From IMG/VR virus record IMGVR_UViG_2734482571_000013: a stretch of DNA of 44,555 nt. One strand, given 5' to 3'. Both the position numbers and the translations under genes were made by a program. The notes beneath the pieces were generated by a model that was not told the origin of the DNA, searched no databases, and saw only the letters and a list, made by a program, of their open reading frames with translations. Positions 19,624 to 29,196 of this stretch are shown in pieces; the stretch's first letter is position 1; every line of letters starts with the position of its first letter. The DNA comes from a virus. Taxonomy: Duplodnaviria; Heunggongvirae; Uroviricota; Caudoviricetes.

Positions 19624-20120
19624 TGCCTCCATCATTACGAAAAGTCGTTGCTGCTGCTATTGGTGGCGGAGCAATTGCTATAGCATCAGTGTTAATCACT
19701 GGCCCAAGTGGTAACGATGGTCTGGAAGGTGTCAGCTACATACCATACAAAGATATTGTTGGTGTATGGACTGTATGTCACGGGCATACAGGAAAAGACA
19801 TCATGCTCGGTAAAACGTATACCAAAGCAGAATGCAAAACACTCTTGAATAAAGACCTTGCCACTGTCGCCAGACAAATTAACCCGTACATCAAAGTCGA
19901 TATACCGGAAACAACGCGCGGCGCTCTTTACTCGTTCGTTTACAACGTGGGTGCTGGTAATTTCAGAACATCGACGCTTCTTCGCAAAATAAACCAGGGC
20001 GATATCAAAGGCGCATGTGATCAGCTACGTCGCTGGACATATGCTGGCGGTAAGCAATGGAAAGGTCTCATGACTCGTCGTGAGATTGAGCGTGAAGTCT
20101 GTTTGTGGGGTCAACAATGA
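19623..20120 (+). CDS. SAR endolysin (R21-like lysozyme, 165 aa)
   Basis: N-terminal Gly/Ala-rich weakly hydrophobic SAR segment [20 protein letters not shown] followed by lysozyme domain; downstream of pinholin. Confidence 0.85.
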   Translation: MPPSLRKVVAAAIGGGAIAIASVLITGPSGNDGLEGVSYIPYKDIVGVWTVCHGHTGKDIMLGKTYTKAECKTLLNKDLATVARQINPYIKVDIPETTRGALYSFVYNVGAGNFRTSTLLRKINQGDIKGACDQLRRWTYAGGKQWKGLMTRREIEREVCLWGQQ

Positions 20121-20574
20121 GCAGGGTAACCGCGATTATCTCCGCTCTGGTTATNNNNNNNNNNNNNNNNNNNNNNNNNNNNNNNNNNNNNNNNNNNNNN
20201 NNNNNNNNNNNNNNNNNNNNNNNNNNNNNNNNNNNNNNNNNNNNNNNNNNNNNNNNNNNNNNNNNNNNNNNNNNNNNNNNNNNNNNNNNNTTAATGCACT
20301 CGATGCTAAATACACGAAGGAGTTAGCTGATGCGAAAGCTGAAAATGATGCTCTGCGTGATGATGTTGCCGCTGGTCGTCGTCGGTTGCACATCAAAGCA
20401 GTCTGTCAGTCAGTGCGTGAAGCCACCACCGCCTCCGGCGTGGATAATGCAGCCTCCCCCCGACTGGCAGACACCGCTGAACGGGATTATTTCACCCTCC
20501 GGGAACGACTGGTAATGATGCAGGCCCAACTTGAAGGTGCTCAGCAATACATAACCGAGCAGTGTTTAAAGTAA
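20117..20574 (+). CDS. Rz i-spanin (interrupted by assembly gap; frame differs across gap)
   Basis: N-terminus [12 protein letters not shown] before gap; after gap ...[40 protein letters not shown]...; ATGA overlap with endolysin stop. Confidence 0.7.
20155..20290. other. Assembly gap (136 N) inside Rz
   Basis: Run of N. Confidence 1.
20330..20515 (+). CDS. Rz1 o-spanin lipoprotein embedded in +1 frame of Rz (61 aa)
   Basis: Signal peptide with lipobox VVGC, proline-rich mature region [15 protein letters not shown]. Confidence 0.75.
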   Translation: MRKLKMMLCVMMLPLVVVGCTSKQSVSQCVKPPPPPAWIMQPPPDWQTPLNGIISPSGNDW

Positions 20575-20711
20575 AATCTTAACTACAATATGATTCATTT
20601 TGATGATTGTTTCATAAGGAACAGTGAAGTAAGATCTAAGAGGAGTTAAATTTTATACAGTATAATCATAATATTGCAGCAAGGTGGTTATAATTGAAAG
20701 AATATTTAGAT

Positions 20712-22169
20712 ATGAATACATCTCATGTAAGAGTTGTTACTCATATGTGTGGGTTCCTGGTTTGGCTCTATAGTCTTTCAATGTTGCCACCAATGGTTGT
20801 AGCATTGTTTTATAAAGAAAAAAGCCTGTTCGTTTTCTTTATAACTTTCGTTATATTTTTTTGCATTGGTGGCGGAGCGTGGTATACAACTAAGAAATCT
20901 GGCATTCAATTACGTACCCGTGATGGGTTTATTATAATTGTAATGTTTTGGATTTTGTTTTCTGTTATTAGTGCATTCCCTTTATGGATTGACTCAGAAC
21001 TTAATTTAACGTTCATTGATGCTCTGTTTGAAGGGGTTTCTGGAATAACAACAACAGGAGCAACTGTAATTGATGATGTTAGTTCATTACCTCGGGCATA
21101 TTTGTACTATCGGTCACAGTTAAATTTTATAGGTGGTTTAGGAGTTATTGTTCTGGCGGTTGCAGTATTGCCATTATTGGGTATTGGTGGTGCAAAGCTT
21201 TATCAGTCAGAAATGCCGGGGCCATTTAAGGATGACAAACTCACTCCCCGCCTGGCCGATACGTCACGGACACTGTGGATAACTTATTCTTTATTAGGTA
21301 TTGCTTGTATTGTCTGTTATAGACTTGCAGGAATGCCTTTGTTTGATGCTATTTGTCACGGGATTTCCACAGTTTCGCTTGGTGGTTTCTCAACTCATAG
21401 CGAGAGTATCGGATATTTTAATAACTATTTGGTTGAGCTGGTGGCTGGTTCTTTTTCCCTGCTATCGGCTTTCAACTTCACTCTTTGGTATATTGTTATT
21501 AGCAGAAAAACGATAAAACCTTTAATCAGAGATATTGAACTTCGTTTCTTTCTGTTAATAGCCTTAGGGGTGATCATTGTTACCTCTTTCCAGGTCTGGC
21601 ATATAGGTATGTATGACTTGCATGGAAGTTTTATTCATTCGTTTTTTCTTGCCAGCTCCATGCTCACTGATAATGGTTTAGCTACGCAGGATTATGCAAA
21701 CTGGCCCACGCACACGATAGTGTTTTTGCTGTTGTCAAGTTTCTTTGGGGGATGTATAGGTTCAACCTGTGGTGGAATTAAGTCACTTCGATTTCTTATA
21801 CTTTTCAAACAAAGCAAACACGAGATAAATCAGCTTTCTCATCCCAGAGCGTTGTTGAGTGTAAATGTAGGAGGGAAGATAGTTACAGATCGTGTAATGA
21901 GGTCTGTATGGAGTTTCTTTTTTCTTTATACTCTCTTCACGGTGTTTTTTATACTGGTGTTAAATGGTATGGGATATGATTTTCTTACATCATTTGCAAC
22001 AGTGGCTGCATGTATTAATAATATGGGATTAGGTTTTGGGGCTACTGCATCGTCATTCGGAGTGCTTAATGACATTGCAAAATATTTAATGTGCATAGCT
22101 ATGATTCTTGGTCGCCTTGAAATTTATCCTGTTATTATATTGTTTTCAGGTTTTTTTTGGCGCTCCTAA
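20712..22169 (+). CDS. trkG: TrkG potassium uptake transporter (Trk family, 485 aa from MNTSHVRV)
   Basis: Polytopic membrane protein; translation matches Rac TrkG as recalled; AT-rich relative to flanking phage genes. Confidence 0.85.
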   Translation: MNTSHVRVVTHMCGFLVWLYSLSMLPPMVVALFYKEKSLFVFFITFVIFFCIGGGAWYTTKKSGIQLRTRDGFIIIVMFWILFSVISAFPLWIDSELNLTFIDALFEGVSGITTTGATVIDDVSSLPRAYLYYRSQLNFIGGLGVIVLAVAVLPLLGIGGAKLYQSEMPGPFKDDKLTPRLADTSRTLWITYSLLGIACIVCYRLAGMPLFDAICHGISTVSLGGFSTHSESIGYFNNYLVELVAGSFSLLSAFNFTLWYIVISRKTIKPLIRDIELRFFLLIALGVIIVTSFQVWHIGMYDLHGSFIHSFFLASSMLTDNGLATQDYANWPTHTIVFLLLSSFFGGCIGSTCGGIKSLRFLILFKQSKHEINQLSHPRALLSVNVGGKIVTDRVMRSVWSFFFLYTLFTVFFILVLNGMGYDFLTSFATVAACINNMGLGFGATASSFGVLNDIAKYLMCIAMILGRLEIYPVIILFSGFFWRS

Positions 22170-22306
22170 TATATGGCTGATTTATAATTGTGAGTTTAAT
22201 ATTATGTTGACTCACTCATTGATCCAATACCTAACTTTACCAGCAACACCTCCGCCCCCAGTAGCACTGGCTGCTGGGGTGCGTTTTATTCATAAAGCAA
22301 GGCTGT

Positions 22307-23095
22307 ATGAGCGAGAAATTAAAGATAGTCTATCGCCCATTACAAGAATTGTCACCGTATGCGCACAACGCCAGGACGCACAGTACTGAGCAGGTGGCAC
22401 AACTGGTAGAAAGTATTAAGCAATTCGGCTGGACTAATCCGGTGCTGATTGACGAAAAGGGCGAAATTATTGCGGGTCACGGTCGTGTTATGGCGGCTGA
22501 AATGCTCAAAATGGATTCTGTTCCGGTCATTGTTCTGTCTGGCCTGACGGATGAGCAGAAAAAGGCGTACCGCCTGGCAGATAATCGCCTGCCGATGAAT
22601 GCTGGCTGGGATGAAGATCTGTTGCGGATGGAGCTGTCGGACCTAATCAATGCTGATTTTGATGTCTCCCTGACAGGCTTCATCCCGGCAGAAATTGATG
22701 AACTGTTGACGGATGTTTTGCCCGGTACAGGAAATGAGGAGGAGCCGTATACGACGAAAATTGATACGCCTGTTTATGAGCCGTCAGGCGGTAAACCGGA
22801 TATCAGTGAACTGTACGACGATACGAAAACTCAGGAGCTGATCAGCCGGATACGTTCGGCGTCCCTTGATCCTGATATTGAGAAATTCCTCCTGTGTGCA
22901 GCAGAACGTCACACGGTGTTTAATTTCAGCAGAATTGCGGACTATTACGCTCATGCCCCCGCTGAAATTCAGTGCCTTTTCGAGGAGTCGGCGCTGGTGA
23001 TCATTGATTATCAGCAGGCTATTGAAAATGGATTTGTCCGAATGACGCAGCGCATGGTGGAGATCATGCATGGCGGGGAGGAGGAATATGCGTGA
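22307..23095 (+). CDS. ynaK: ParB N-terminal (ParB/Srx nuclease-like) domain protein (262 aa)
   Basis: N-terminal YRPLQELSPYAHNARTHS...IIAGHGRVMAA resembles ParB-like domain; I recall K-12 ynaK as a shorter version of this gene. Confidence 0.65.
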   Translation: MSEKLKIVYRPLQELSPYAHNARTHSTEQVAQLVESIKQFGWTNPVLIDEKGEIIAGHGRVMAAEMLKMDSVPVIVLSGLTDEQKKAYRLADNRLPMNAGWDEDLLRMELSDLINADFDVSLTGFIPAEIDELLTDVLPGTGNEEEPYTTKIDTPVYEPSGGKPDISELYDDTKTQELISRIRSASLDPDIEKFLLCAAERHTVFNFSRIADYYAHAPAEIQCLFEESALVIIDYQQAIENGFVRMTQRMVEIMHGGEEEYA

Positions 23096-24020
23096 TGATT
23101 TTTGCGCCTTTATTCTGACTCACGGGCGACCGGACAAAGTTCTGACTTACCGGACGTTGCGTCGTGCTGGCTATACCGGGAAAATTTTTATCGTTGTTGA
23201 TGATGAAGATAAGACACGGCATCAGTACATGGCTGAATTTGGTGAACAGGTGCTGGTATTTTCCAAAGCCGATATTGCTAGTCGTTTTGACGAAGCCGAT
23301 AATTTTAGTGACCGCCGCTCAATTTTTTACGCCCGTAATGCCTGTTTCGACCAGGCAAAACTGGTCGGGTGTAAATACTTCATTCAGCTCGATGATGATT
23401 ATCACGAGTTCCAGTTTCGGGTGGATCGCAACTATGACCAGGCCTATTTCCCGATAAGGAAACTGGATGAGATCCTTTCTGAAATGCTTGCGTACTACGA
23501 ATCAATACCTGCTCTTTCCATCGCTATGTCGCAGGGCGGGGATTTTCTTGGTGACAATGGCGGCCATGCTTCGTGGGTGAAACGCAAGGCAATGAACAGC
23601 TTTATCTGTTCGGTTGATCGACCGTTCTCATTCATGGGGCGCATTAACGAGGATGTGAATACGTACACGAATCTCGGTCGCTGTGGTGAATTGTTTATGA
23701 CGATCGGTGCTGTCCAGTTAGGGCAGAAACAGACGCAGAAAAACAGCGGCGGAATGACCGAGCTGTATCTGGATTCCGGAACCTACGTTAAAAGTTTTTA
23801 CTCCGTCATGTATGCGCCGTCGTGCGTAAAAATCTCACTTATGGGTGCCAGTCATAAACGCATTCACCATCAGGTCACCTGGAACAACGCTGCAGTAAAA
23901 ATCCTTCACGAAAAATACAGGAAGAAGACACCCTGCATATCAATGGGGGTGACAAATGATTCCGTATTCGAAAGTCGAGTCTCTGGCAGCGTGCCGGATG
24001 ACTGCACAACAAATCGCTGA
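23088..24020 (+). CDS. Uncharacterised protein with glycosyltransferase-A-like features (310 aa)
   Basis: GGAGGAGG Shine-Dalgarno before ATG 23088, overlapping ParB-like stop by 8 nt; IFIVVDDED and QLDDDYHEF acidic motifs after predicted beta strands, as in GT-A DxD sites; fold assignment is inference. Confidence 0.5.
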   Translation: MRDDFCAFILTHGRPDKVLTYRTLRRAGYTGKIFIVVDDEDKTRHQYMAEFGEQVLVFSKADIASRFDEADNFSDRRSIFYARNACFDQAKLVGCKYFIQLDDDYHEFQFRVDRNYDQAYFPIRKLDEILSEMLAYYESIPALSIAMSQGGDFLGDNGGHASWVKRKAMNSFICSVDRPFSFMGRINEDVNTYTNLGRCGELFMTIGAVQLGQKQTQKNSGGMTELYLDSGTYVKSFYSVMYAPSCVKISLMGASHKRIHHQVTWNNAAVKILHEKYRKKTPCISMGVTNDSVFESRVSGSVPDDCTTNR

Positions 24021-24207
24021 CGTTCTGGATGTTGATCTGAACCGACTGAAAGAAAATCGGGAAGCAATGACAGATTTTTATGCGGCCATCCGTAAGGGCA
24101 GAGCGAAAGGTGAAGCCGAGTTACGAGCGGCATTGTTTAAGCTTGCCAGAAAAGGGGATGCCTTTGCTCTGCGCGAACTACTCAGGGTGGATAAAAATCA
24201 GGACTAA
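23956..24207 (+). CDS. Small hypothetical protein (83 aa), possibly DNA-binding
   Basis: GGGGGTGA Shine-Dalgarno before ATG 23956; overlaps 3' end of upstream gene; immediately before terminase small subunit. Confidence 0.4.
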   Translation: MIPYSKVESLAACRMTAQQIADVLDVDLNRLKENREAMTDFYAAIRKGRAKGEAELRAALFKLARKGDAFALRELLRVDKNQD

Positions 24208-24210
24208 CTG

Positions 24211-25305
24211 ATGAGCAGACCGGACTGGGGGGCGTTGCAGCAGGAGTATATTGCTGAATACACCCGCTCCGGTATATCTCCGGTGGCATGGTGTGAAGCA
24301 AGGGGACTGAATTACGCAACAGCCCGTCGTTACATCAAAAAAACTCCGAAAAATGCGCAGACAGAAATGTGCAAAACTGCGCAAAAAAGTGCGCAGAAAA
24401 AATCTGCGCAGACTGCACAAAAGCGGAACGAAAAATCTCAGGAAAAAAAGCCAGTATTCGATGCGGGCCTGAATGAGGGCGACGCGGAGGAATTTTCGTT
24501 CTGTCCCGATGAATTCGGCATTTCTGACCAGCAGGCTAAGTTTGCGATGCTTGTTGCTCAGGGTAAAAAGCCGACAGAGGCGTACCGACTAGCCGGTTAT
24601 GAGGGGCAAGGTGCGACAGCTAACAGCAACGCCAGTCGTATGCTTAGAAATGCCAGGGTTTTTCGCGCTATCAGCTACTTCCGCAATCAGTACCAGAAAC
24701 GCTATACCGCAGACCTGGATTTACTAGTGAGTCAGTTGATGGCTATTGTCCTGGCCGACCCCAATCAGCTTGCACAATTTCGCCGTGTTAACTGCCGTTA
24801 TTGCTGGGGCGAGAATCATCTCTACCAGTGGCGCGATATAGCAGAATTCGACAAGGCAGCGGCGCAGGCTTCCAGAGATGGCAAACCCGAACCGGAATAT
24901 GGAGGCCTCGGCTTTGTTGATAACGCCATACCCAATCCGGACTGCCCGAAGTGCTGCGGTGAGGGAACGGGACAGCTTTATATGGCTGATACCACTCTGC
25001 TTGATGGGGATGCGCGGCAATTATATGCAGGGGCAAAATTCGGAAAATTCGGCGTTGAGATCCTGCTGGAGGATAAGGCTGCCGCCCGGCGTGAATTGTT
25101 GCGTTTGTTTTCTGCTGGCGGGGCTTTATGTGCAGATAAGCGGCTACGGGAACTGGAAATTGAACGGCGCAGAATGGAAAACCAGAAGCTGCGCAAAGAG
25201 ATCGAAACGGTGGAAGATAATGAACATCCCCAGCCTGTGGCGATCAATATTAATGTGGTTGATGCCAGAGTAAGGAGTGATGAAGATGATCTCTCCGACG
25301 CTTAA
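24211..25305 (+). CDS. Terminase small subunit (364 aa)
   Basis: N-terminal HTH-like region, immediately upstream of and overlapping the large terminase; Cys cluster CRYCWGE...CPKCCGEG. Confidence 0.7.
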   Translation: MSRPDWGALQQEYIAEYTRSGISPVAWCEARGLNYATARRYIKKTPKNAQTEMCKTAQKSAQKKSAQTAQKRNEKSQEKKPVFDAGLNEGDAEEFSFCPDEFGISDQQAKFAMLVAQGKKPTEAYRLAGYEGQGATANSNASRMLRNARVFRAISYFRNQYQKRYTADLDLLVSQLMAIVLADPNQLAQFRRVNCRYCWGENHLYQWRDIAEFDKAAAQASRDGKPEPEYGGLGFVDNAIPNPDCPKCCGEGTGQLYMADTTLLDGDARQLYAGAKFGKFGVEILLEDKAAARRELLRLFSAGGALCADKRLRELEIERRRMENQKLRKEIETVEDNEHPQPVAININVVDARVRSDEDDLSDA

Positions 25306-26587
25306 TGTGCCTCAGGCGCGATTTCTTTCAATGCCCCATAAATTTAAAGCCTATATTGCTGGTTTTGGCTCGGGCAAAACATGGGTTGGGTGTGGCGGCA
25401 TATGCAAGGGGATTTGGGAGCATCCAGGTATAAATCAGGGATATTTTGCGCCAACGTATCCCCAAATTCGCGATATTTTTTACCCTACAGTGGAAGAAGT
25501 TGCTGCTGACTGGGGATTGAACGTAAAAATTAATGAGGGAAATAAAGAGGTTCACTTTTATTACGGACGCCAGTATCGGGGAACCACTATCTGCAGATCG
25601 ATGGAGAAGCCACAAACGATCGTCGGTTTCAAAATTGGTAATGCGTTGGTGGATGAACTGGACATTTTGCCGAAGGAAAAAGCCAGAACGGCGTGGCGCA
25701 AGATAATTGCACGTATGCGTTATAAGATTGATGGACTTCGCAACGGTATTGACGTTACAACCACGCCGGAAGGATTCAAATTTGTCTACGAGCAGTTTGT
25801 TAAAGCCGTGCGTGAAAAAACAGAGCTGGCCTCACTGTATGGTCTGGTGCAGGCATCTACTTTCGATAATGAAAAGAACCTGCCAGCAGATTACATTCCT
25901 TCGCTTCTTGAATCATACCCTCCAGAGCTGATTAAAGCCTATCTTCGAGGACAGTTTACTAACCTGACAAGTGGTACTGTTTACCATCAGTTTGACCGGA
26001 AACTGAATAATTGCGAAGAAGTGGAGCAGCCAGGGGAGCCGATTTATATTGGGATGGATTTTAACGTTGGAAAGATGGCGGGAATCGTCCATGTGCTGCG
26101 TTTGGGGCTTCCATGTGCGGTAACTGAAATCATCAATGCCTACGATACGCCGGATATGATCCGCATCATTAAAGAACGCTTCTGGCTGTATGATGGGAAT
26201 GATTACCGGAAAGTGAGGGAAATTTATATTTATCCAGATGCTTCCGGGGATTCCAGAAAATCAAGTAACGCAAGTACGACGGATATAGCCCAGCTTAAGC
26301 AGGCTGGTTTTAACGTTGTGGTGAACAGCTCGAACCCGCCAGTAAAAGATCGCGTTAACTCAATGAATGCAATGTTCTGCAATGCCAATGGTGAGCGTCG
26401 CTATAAAGTTAATGTGAAGCGTTGCCCGTTATATGCCGAATCTCTGGAGCAACAGGTCTGGGATGAGAAGGGGGAGCCTGATAAAAAATCTGGCAATGAT
26501 CACCCGAATGATGCCGGAGGTTATTTCATCGTTAAGCAATTCCCTATTGTCAAACCGACCGGAAGAGTCACATCACTTCGGATTTAA
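25277..26587 (+). CDS. Terminase large subunit (436 aa)
   Basis: Walker A-like AGFGSGKT near N-terminus; position before portal. Confidence 0.85.
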   Translation: MMKMISPTLNVPQARFLSMPHKFKAYIAGFGSGKTWVGCGGICKGIWEHPGINQGYFAPTYPQIRDIFYPTVEEVAADWGLNVKINEGNKEVHFYYGRQYRGTTICRSMEKPQTIVGFKIGNALVDELDILPKEKARTAWRKIIARMRYKIDGLRNGIDVTTTPEGFKFVYEQFVKAVREKTELASLYGLVQASTFDNEKNLPADYIPSLLESYPPELIKAYLRGQFTNLTSGTVYHQFDRKLNNCEEVEQPGEPIYIGMDFNVGKMAGIVHVLRLGLPCAVTEIINAYDTPDMIRIIKERFWLYDGNDYRKVREIYIYPDASGDSRKSSNASTTDIAQLKQAGFNVVVNSSNPPVKDRVNSMNAMFCNANGERRYKVNVKRCPLYAESLEQQVWDEKGEPDKKSGNDHPNDAGGYFIVKQFPIVKPTGRVTSLRI

Positions 26588-26589
26588 TT

Positions 26590-27996
26590 ATGGCTGATAT
26601 ATCAACACCCAACCTCGACTATAACGATATGCTGGAGGCGTGGGATATTAACGACGCACTGATGGGCGGTACGCTTGAAATGCGCAGGCAGGGGGAAAAT
26701 TATCTCCCAAAATGGCCTAACGAAGATGAAGACGCTTATAAAAAACGCCTGTCTGTGGCTACGCTACTTCCTGTGTATGAAGAAAGCATCAAGCAAAATA
26801 TTGGGCGCATATTTGCAGAGCCGACAGTATTGAGTGAGGAAACGCCGGCAAAAATCAGGGAATATGCAGAAAATATCGACATGGAGGGGAGCCGACTGGA
26901 TGTGTGGGCGCAGCAATTTTTCAGCCTCGCATTTCAGTATGGTGTGGCACATGCGCTGGTGGACTATCCACGAACGGATATGAAAGAGATTCGGACAAAA
27001 GCCGATGAAAACGCGACCGGTGGTCGTCCGTACGTTACGATGCTGAATCCACGCCAGGTTATTGGATGGAAATCGAAAGTTGAAAAAGGGAAAGTTGTTC
27101 TCACTGATTTGCGTATAAAAGAGGTCATCATTATTGATGGTGATGATTTCGGGCAGAAGAAGGTGGAGCAGATCCGCCATATTATGCCCCGTCGAGTTGA
27201 AATTTATCGACGTAGCGAAGGCACTAATGGCGAATCTGTCTGGACGCTTCATGAGTCATGGAATACCAGCCGTGATGATATTCCTCTGGTAACACTGTAC
27301 ACGAAGAAAACAGGATTTATGCGTGGTACACCGCCATTGCTTAATCTTGGCTTGCTGAATATCAAGCACTGGCAAAGCCAGAGCGAGCAGGACAATATTC
27401 TTCATGTTGCCCGCGTTCCATTGCTGGTGGCCTACGGGCTGGACAGGAATGAAGAACTGACGGTTGGTGCATCCACCGCTACGATTTTTGAGGACAGAAC
27501 AAAAAATGGCCTCGAATATGTTGAACATAGTGGCGCAGCGATAGAATCTGGCGAAACATCACTTGAGAAGCTGGAAAATCAGATGCGTCATGCCGGCGCT
27601 AAACTTCTGCGTGCTGAAAATACATCCACCAAATCTGTTGATCAGACTAATGAAGAGCGAATGCAGGAAAACTCGCCGCTTTATACAATGGCGAACTCCC
27701 TCGAAGATGCCCTCGATAATATTCTCCAGATAATGGCGGAATGGATCGGAGAGAGTTGCGGTGGCAATGTGGATGTGCGCACTGAACTGGATGTATCTGC
27801 CCAGGTGTTTGACTCATCCTCCGCGCTGGCTGTTCAGTCATTGCGTCAGGGCGGTGATATACGTCAGATTGATGCGGTTCGGGTGTTGCAGGCGTTGAAA
27901 TTTATCGATCAGGATTCCCGTCCAGAGGAAGTGATCGATGAATTAAAAAATCAGAGTGTAATGCTGATGGAAATCAATGATGCAAACCGTGAATGA
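26590..27996 (+). CDS. Portal protein (468 aa)
   Basis: Size and position immediately after large terminase. Confidence 0.7.
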   Translation: MADISTPNLDYNDMLEAWDINDALMGGTLEMRRQGENYLPKWPNEDEDAYKKRLSVATLLPVYEESIKQNIGRIFAEPTVLSEETPAKIREYAENIDMEGSRLDVWAQQFFSLAFQYGVAHALVDYPRTDMKEIRTKADENATGGRPYVTMLNPRQVIGWKSKVEKGKVVLTDLRIKEVIIIDGDDFGQKKVEQIRHIMPRRVEIYRRSEGTNGESVWTLHESWNTSRDDIPLVTLYTKKTGFMRGTPPLLNLGLLNIKHWQSQSEQDNILHVARVPLLVAYGLDRNEELTVGASTATIFEDRTKNGLEYVEHSGAAIESGETSLEKLENQMRHAGAKLLRAENTSTKSVDQTNEERMQENSPLYTMANSLEDALDNILQIMAEWIGESCGGNVDVRTELDVSAQVFDSSSALAVQSLRQGGDIRQIDAVRVLQALKFIDQDSRPEEVIDELKNQSVMLMEINDANRE

Positions 27997-29092
27997 ACGG
28001 CTGCGTGATGAATCAATTGCTCATGCAGTCTGGATATCCCGCTATAGCACTGGCGTGGCTGCCAGAATGGTGAAAATACTGAATGACAGCGATGCGGAAC
28101 TTACTGCTCGCCTGCTGATAGCACTGGACAGCCTCGATCCAGGTAGTTTTACCGTTAAGCGCCTGGAGTCACTTCTGGCGAGCGTCAGAGAGGTTAACCG
28201 CACTGCTATTAACAGCATGTTTACCAGTCTCTCCGGAGAGCTGAACGAGCTGGCAATTTATGAGGCTGGTTATCAGTTAAGTCTGTTTGATTCTATGCTA
28301 CCTGATTTTGTTGCTGATGTTCACCCTCTGGTTGGTATCTCTCCTGATGCACTTTATGCCGCTGCAATGGCGCGACCATTCCAGGGACGACTGCTCAGTG
28401 AGTGGGCCTCAGATCTTGAGGCGGATCGGCTCAGACGCATAACAAATACAGTGCGTCAGGGTTTTTTGCTGGGGGATACCAATGAGCAGATCGCAAGAAA
28501 AATTCGGGGACATGTCAGTAAGGGATTTCAGGATGGTGCATTGCAGATGAGCCGGGCTAATGCGGCCAGCATTGCAAAAACAGCGGTTGGACATCTTGCT
28601 GCTACTGCCCGTGAGAGTTTTGCCAGCGCGAATAATGATTTGATTAAGGGTAAGCAATGGTTATCAACGCTTGATAATCGTACTACGCCACAATGTCGAA
28701 TCAGGGATCGCCTCAAATATACGCTGAATAATAAACCTGTAGGTCACAGCGTGCCTTATTTGCAGGGGCCGGGAAAAATTCATTTCTGCTGCCGCTCAAC
28801 GGAAACGTTCATTCTGAAATCAGCGAAGGAACTGGGTATTGATGTTCGCGATATTTCCCCGGCTGAGCGGGCCAGCATGGATGGCGTGGTGGCCGGAGAT
28901 ACAACCTACAGGGAATGGTTTTTGCGTCAGCCTTACACCAGACAAAAACAGATTGTGGGGGAAAGCCGAGCAAAGCTGATTCGGGATGGTGGTATGTCGC
29001 CAGATGAATTTTACACCGATAAAGGCGAATGGCTGACGCTGAAGCAGCTCCGTGAGCGTGATGCACAGGTATTCAGAAAAGCAGGGATTTAA
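27977..29092 (+). CDS. Head morphogenesis / minor head protein (Mu F-like or SPP1 gp7-like family, putative)
   Basis: Position after portal, 371 aa; family assignment from position and size only. Confidence 0.5.
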   Translation: MMQTVNERLRDESIAHAVWISRYSTGVAARMVKILNDSDAELTARLLIALDSLDPGSFTVKRLESLLASVREVNRTAINSMFTSLSGELNELAIYEAGYQLSLFDSMLPDFVADVHPLVGISPDALYAAAMARPFQGRLLSEWASDLEADRLRRITNTVRQGFLLGDTNEQIARKIRGHVSKGFQDGALQMSRANAASIAKTAVGHLAATARESFASANNDLIKGKQWLSTLDNRTTPQCRIRDRLKYTLNNKPVGHSVPYLQGPGKIHFCCRSTETFILKSAKELGIDVRDISPAERASMDGVVAGDTTYREWFLRQPYTRQKQIVGESRAKLIRDGGMSPDEFYTDKGEWLTLKQLRERDAQVFRKAGI

Positions 29093-29112
29093 ATAAATCA
29101 TTTATTACAACA

Positions 29113-29139
29113 GGCTACCTTCGGGTGGCCTTTTTTATT
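29113..29139 (+). terminator. Intrinsic terminator with UUCG tetraloop
   Basis: GGCTACC-TTCG-GGTGGCC followed by TTTTTTATT. Confidence 0.6.
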
Positions 29140-29196
29140 GCTGCGATCCGGATGGTGAGCAGCGTAACTGTCGGAAGACTTAAACCAGGTACTAAT

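Noticed and set aside
20155-20290. N runs as possible repeat or CRISPR-like structure
   Set aside because: They are assembly gaps, not sequence; no direct-repeat/spacer array exists anywhere in the window
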